From assembly GCA_046155605.1 (NCBI GenBank), contig JBJXFQ010000011.1:6842-70841 (forward strand): 64,000 nt of DNA, read 5' to 3'. Position 1 is the stretch's first letter. Each line of letters starts with the position of its first letter. The notes beneath the pieces are model-generated. The model made no database searches and was not told where the DNA came from. It worked only from the letters and a program-made list of their open reading frames with translations. Position numbers and translations under genes: made by a program. Of the stretch, positions 61,149 to 64,000 are shown piece by piece. Source of the stretch: Phycisphaerales bacterium. GTDB lineage: Bacteria > Planctomycetota > Phycisphaerae > Phycisphaerales > UBA1924.

Positions 61149-61922
61149 TCACCCCGCGGGCGGCGTGCGCTTCGCCAGGCGGGCCTGCCGCCTCGCCTCG
61201 TGCCGCACAATCTCACCAGTCACGAGATACGTCACGTCCTCGGCGATGTTCTTCATCAAATCGCCGATCCGCTCCAACTCGCGGCCCAGTCGATAGATCA
61301 ACAGCCCGTTGTGGATCGAATGCGGATCCTTCCGCATCAGGTCCTGCGTCTCTTCGAAGAGTTGCTTCTCCAACTCGTCGATGATCTCGTCCTCTTCGAT
61401 GATCTGCCGCGCCAACTCCGCGTCCTCGTCGAGCACCGCCCGCAACAGCGAGTGGCACATCACCGGCACTCGCTGCCCCATGTCCACCAGCGCCGTCGGC
61501 CATTGCGGCATCCGCGTAGCGTCCATCCGCGTCGCGATCTTGGCGATCGACGAGGCGTGATCCCCCACCCGCTCGATGTCCGAGTTCACCTTCAAGATAA
61601 ACGTGATCACCCGGAAATCACGCGCGAACGGCTGCTCCAGCGTCAGCAGCCGATAGCACTCCTGCTCGATCTCAACCTCCTCCTGGTCGATCCGATCGTC
61701 ACGCCGCCGCACTTCCTTCGCCACCGAAATATCGAGTTTCCACAGCGCGTCGAGCGCGGCCTCCAGCATCCCGATCGCCACTGTCGCTTCCTGGATCAGC
61801 CGCCGCTTGAGCCCCACAACGCTGCGGTCAAATCCGTATCGGATCTCCGGGCGGGGAACAGGTGTCGGTGTGGGTGCCGCGTCAGGCTCGTTGGGCATCG
61901 GGCGGGTCCGTTCGGAGCGCAC
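61149..61922 (-). CDS. phoU: Phosphate signalling complex protein PhoU
   Basis: It shows the duplicated PhoU repeat architecture. Blocks are RDDRIDQEEVEIEQECYRLL, NSDIERVGDHASSIAK and LERIGDLMKNIAEDV. Confidence 0.9.
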   Translation of the reverse strand: MRSERTRPMPNEPDAAPTPTPVPRPEIRYGFDRSVVGLKRRLIQEATVAIGMLEAALDALWKLDISVAKEVRRRDDRIDQEEVEIEQECYRLLTLEQPFARDFRVITFILKVNSDIERVGDHASSIAKIATRMDATRMPQWPTALVDMGQRVPVMCHSLLRAVLDEDAELARQIIEEDEIIDELEKQLFEETQDLMRKDPHSIHNGLLIYRLGRELERIGDLMKNIAEDVTYLVTGEIVRHEARRQARLAKRTPPAG

Positions 61923-61952
61923 TCCGCTCCATCGCTATTCTTAGACCCCTCC

Positions 61953-62852
61953 ATGCCCGGCGTGCGACACACCCTCAAACAGTTTCTCATGCGGCTCGGC
62001 CGGCCGGCGCTCGCCGATCTCACCGCCCGTGGCGAGAGCCACGCCCGCGCCGTCGCCGCGATCGAGGAGCAACTCCGGCGCATCGAAGCCACCGTCGATT
62101 CCCTCGCCGGCGCCACGCTCTCACTCGAAAAATACCGCGAAGAACTGGGCTTCTGGCGATGGCTCATCACCACCGAAGAGGGCCGGGCCTCGCTCCCCGC
62201 TCCTTTCGAGGTCGTCTTCGGTGCCTGGCAGCGCGACCGCCTCCGAGAACTCGCACGCTGGCTCGATCTGGCCGAGGGCGACGCCCTCGACCCCGCGCTC
62301 GACCGCTGGTGCGCCGAGCGTTCCGCCATCGAGATCGGTGCCGGACCCTATCCCTGCCTCGCCGCCGCCCCGCGCTGGAGACGCGCCGTCGCCATCGATC
62401 CCATCGCCCGCGGCTACGCCGAGGAAGGCCTCATCCCCGCCTCCGCCGCCCATGTCGTCTATATCGAAGCGCCGGGCGAGCGACTGCCGCTCCCCTCCGC
62501 GTCCGCCGACCTTGTCATCCTTGAAAACGCACTCGACCACGTCTCCGACCCCGCCGCCGTGCTCGTCGAATCGCGTCGCGTGCTCCGTGCCGACGGCCTG
62601 CTCTGGATGCTCGTTGATCTCTCGACCCACACCGACCACATGCACCCGCACGCCTTCGATGAGCGCTCCATCAAGGCGCTGCTCGCACGCTGCGGCTTCC
62701 AGTCCGTCCGCGATCGCGTCTCCGACCACAAGAGCCACCCCCAGGCCTTCGGTGAGTACCGCGGCCTGCTCCGACCGACCCCCGTCGCGATCCCCGCTAT
62801 CGCTTCTCGGGCTACCGCATCCCAGGCGGCTTCGGCAGGCTCATCGCCGTGA
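61953..62852 (+). CDS. Class I SAM-dependent methyltransferase
   Basis: The ATG is at 61953. It has motif I-like IEIGAGPYP, a post-I acidic residue, and LVILENALDHVSDP / RVLRADGLLW blocks typical of Methyltransf_11-like domains. Confidence 0.65.
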   Translation: MPGVRHTLKQFLMRLGRPALADLTARGESHARAVAAIEEQLRRIEATVDSLAGATLSLEKYREELGFWRWLITTEEGRASLPAPFEVVFGAWQRDRLRELARWLDLAEGDALDPALDRWCAERSAIEIGAGPYPCLAAAPRWRRAVAIDPIARGYAEEGLIPASAAHVVYIEAPGERLPLPSASADLVILENALDHVSDPAAVLVESRRVLRADGLLWMLVDLSTHTDHMHPHAFDERSIKALLARCGFQSVRDRVSDHKSHPQAFGEYRGLLRPTPVAIPAIASRATASQAASAGSSP

Positions 62853-63477
62853 GATAATCGCTGCTCCCGCGCATCGACACCTTCTCCGTCACCACCGTCG
62901 CACGCCCCGCTCCTGCCCCCAGCGCCGCATACGCCGCCGATGGCAACTCCTGTGAACGATCCGCTGCGTCCGCCAGCGCTGTCGCCAGGCGATCCGCCCC
63001 CTCCCGAGTCGTCGGCAGCACCTCGTCAGGCCCCGAGATCGCCACGACCATGACCTGCCGCGGGTCCGAGGTGCATGATGCCTTCAGCACCGCATCAACG
63101 AGTTCCCCGCGCCCCACATCCGAGAGCCGACGACCGCCCCACTCCTGCCGACTCCACCGCACGCAAGTGCACCGCCCATCCCGATCCCGGAAAATCCCCA
63201 TGACCAGCGACCGCTCGGGCGACGAGACCTGCTGAATGCCGACCGTCTCGTCCGCCGGCCGAGGAATCAGATCCCGAGTCGTCAGTGGCGTCGGTGCCGC
63301 CGGACGCATGGCGAACAGCACCGCCACCAGCAGGCACGCCGCAGCCGCAGTCGTCAGGCTTGTGAACAGGAACCGCCGCAGCCGCGGCATCAACAGCCGG
63401 CTATCGCCAGCCTCATTCTCAAAGCGCTCGGCCTCAACAGCCATTCGCACCAGACGTTCCAACTCGCGGTCATTCAT
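62812..63477 (-). CDS. Putative anti-sigma factor (single-pass membrane protein)
   Basis: The start MNDRELERLV at 63477 overlaps the sigma stop by 8 nt (ATGAATGA). It has a short cytoplasmic N-terminus, a TM (LTTAAAACLLVAVLFAM) and an extracytoplasmic domain. It sits directly downstream of the ECF sigma gene. Confidence 0.5.
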   Translation of the reverse strand: MNDRELERLVRMAVEAERFENEAGDSRLLMPRLRRFLFTSLTTAAAACLLVAVLFAMRPAAPTPLTTRDLIPRPADETVGIQQVSSPERSLVMGIFRDRDGRCTCVRWSRQEWGGRRLSDVGRGELVDAVLKASCTSDPRQVMVVAISGPDEVLPTTREGADRLATALADAADRSQELPSAAYAALGAGAGRATVVTEKVSMRGSSDYLTAMSLPKPPGMR

Positions 63478-64000
63478 GCGAACCCCCTTGGTCACCTTGT
63501 TCTTGGGCGTTGATCGCGTCGCGCTCGGTCGATTCCCCGCGAATCCCGCGCCGCGCCAAGAGCCGCCTCAGTTTGTCGAGTGCAGCCTTTCGCCGGGCGT
63601 GAGCCGTGCTCGGTGCCACGCCCAGACGCTTCGCCAGGTCGCGGTCGGTCGCACCGTCTGCCGCCGCTCGCAACAGCCAACTCTCGTCCGACGTCAGGCC
63701 TTCCGGATGCGGCTGCAAACATTCCCGGACCGCGTGTACACGCTCGGCAAGCCCCGGCGAATCCACCGGCTCCTCCGCCTCTGCCGCATCGAAATCGTCA
63801 GGTGAATGGCCGGGTATCGCCACCCGCGCACGCATCGTCGTCCGCGCATGCTGAAGCCAAACCTTGGTCGCCACCGCATACACAAACGTTGTGATCGCCG
63901 AGCGCTCCGGGTCATATTGTCGCCGCGACAGCGCGTTCCAAACTCCCATCCACGTCCGCTGCGATAGATCATCCACCAAGTCCGCTCGGTTGCCGAGTCT
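63470..64000 (-). CDS. ECF-type RNA polymerase sigma factor, 5' partial (runs off the window end)
   Basis: The frame stays open to nt 64000 (…RLGNRADLVDDLSQRTW). Region 2 is WMGVWNALSRRQYDPERSAITTFVYAVATKVW. Region 4 is DRDLAKRLGVAPSTAHARRKAALDKLR. Confidence 0.75.
   Translation of the reverse strand, partial: RLGNRADLVDDLSQRTWMGVWNALSRRQYDPERSAITTFVYAVATKVWLQHARTTMRARVAIPGHSPDDFDAAEAEEPVDSPGLAERVHAVRECLQPHPEGLTSDESWLLRAAADGATDRDLAKRLGVAPSTAHARRKAALDKLRRLLARRGIRGESTERDAINAQEQGDQGGSHE

Noticed and set aside
62812-62852. 41-nt convergent overlap between the methyltransferase and the anti-sigma gene 3' ends.
   Set aside because: It is probably harmless. Both tails are low-complexity, and either stop could be functionally irrelevant. 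There is no evidence of antisense regulation from sequence alone.

Overview
This is a high-GC bacterial chromosomal segment (about two-thirds G+C by eye), densely coding on both strands, with about 50 supportable CDS. All calls come from reading the sequence and ORF translations; no searches were run.

The gene content points to Planctomycetota, probably a Phycisphaerae-like lineage (inference). It includes an ECF sigma factor translationally coupled to a Ser/Thr kinase-STAND-TPR protein, a ThuA/DUF1080 fusion, DUF1573, HAF-repeat and other PEP-CTERM proteins, Cys-containing dockerin-like C-terminal modules and a eukaryote-type GT3 glycogen synthase.

Recognisable housekeeping genes are purS-purL, purC, pyrE, mfd, comEA, mreC/mreD, phoH plus a 7TM-HD hydrolase, phoU, an M3 oligoendopeptidase, a group II PLP decarboxylase, an MBL-rhodanese protein and rhaM. 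I could not support any rRNA, tRNA, CRISPR array, transposase or integrase.

Most noteworthy observations:
1. A G15 homopolymer sits exactly in the spacer of a TTGACA/TAGCAT promoter. That promoter precedes a lower-GC three-gene operon for secreted proteins, including a 14-Cys small protein. This is a candidate phase-variable switch.
2. A ~10 kb cluster of three SPFH (HflK/C-like) proteins, an ABC ATPase, two giant NosY-like ABC-2 permeases and unknown membrane proteins. Two of the SPFH genes share a near-identical 72-nt 3' segment.
3. A pyrimidine-rich short repeat family is present in intergenic regions and also in frame inside purL and mfd, where both copies encode RPSVPSS.
4. A GTGA-coupled operon of an unknown 311-aa protein plus two membrane proteins with C-terminal CxxCGY...CPECG zinc ribbons, with two more family members nearby.
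5. Three secreted proteins carry duplicated Cys-containing dockerin-like tails, with no cohesin-like partner in the window.
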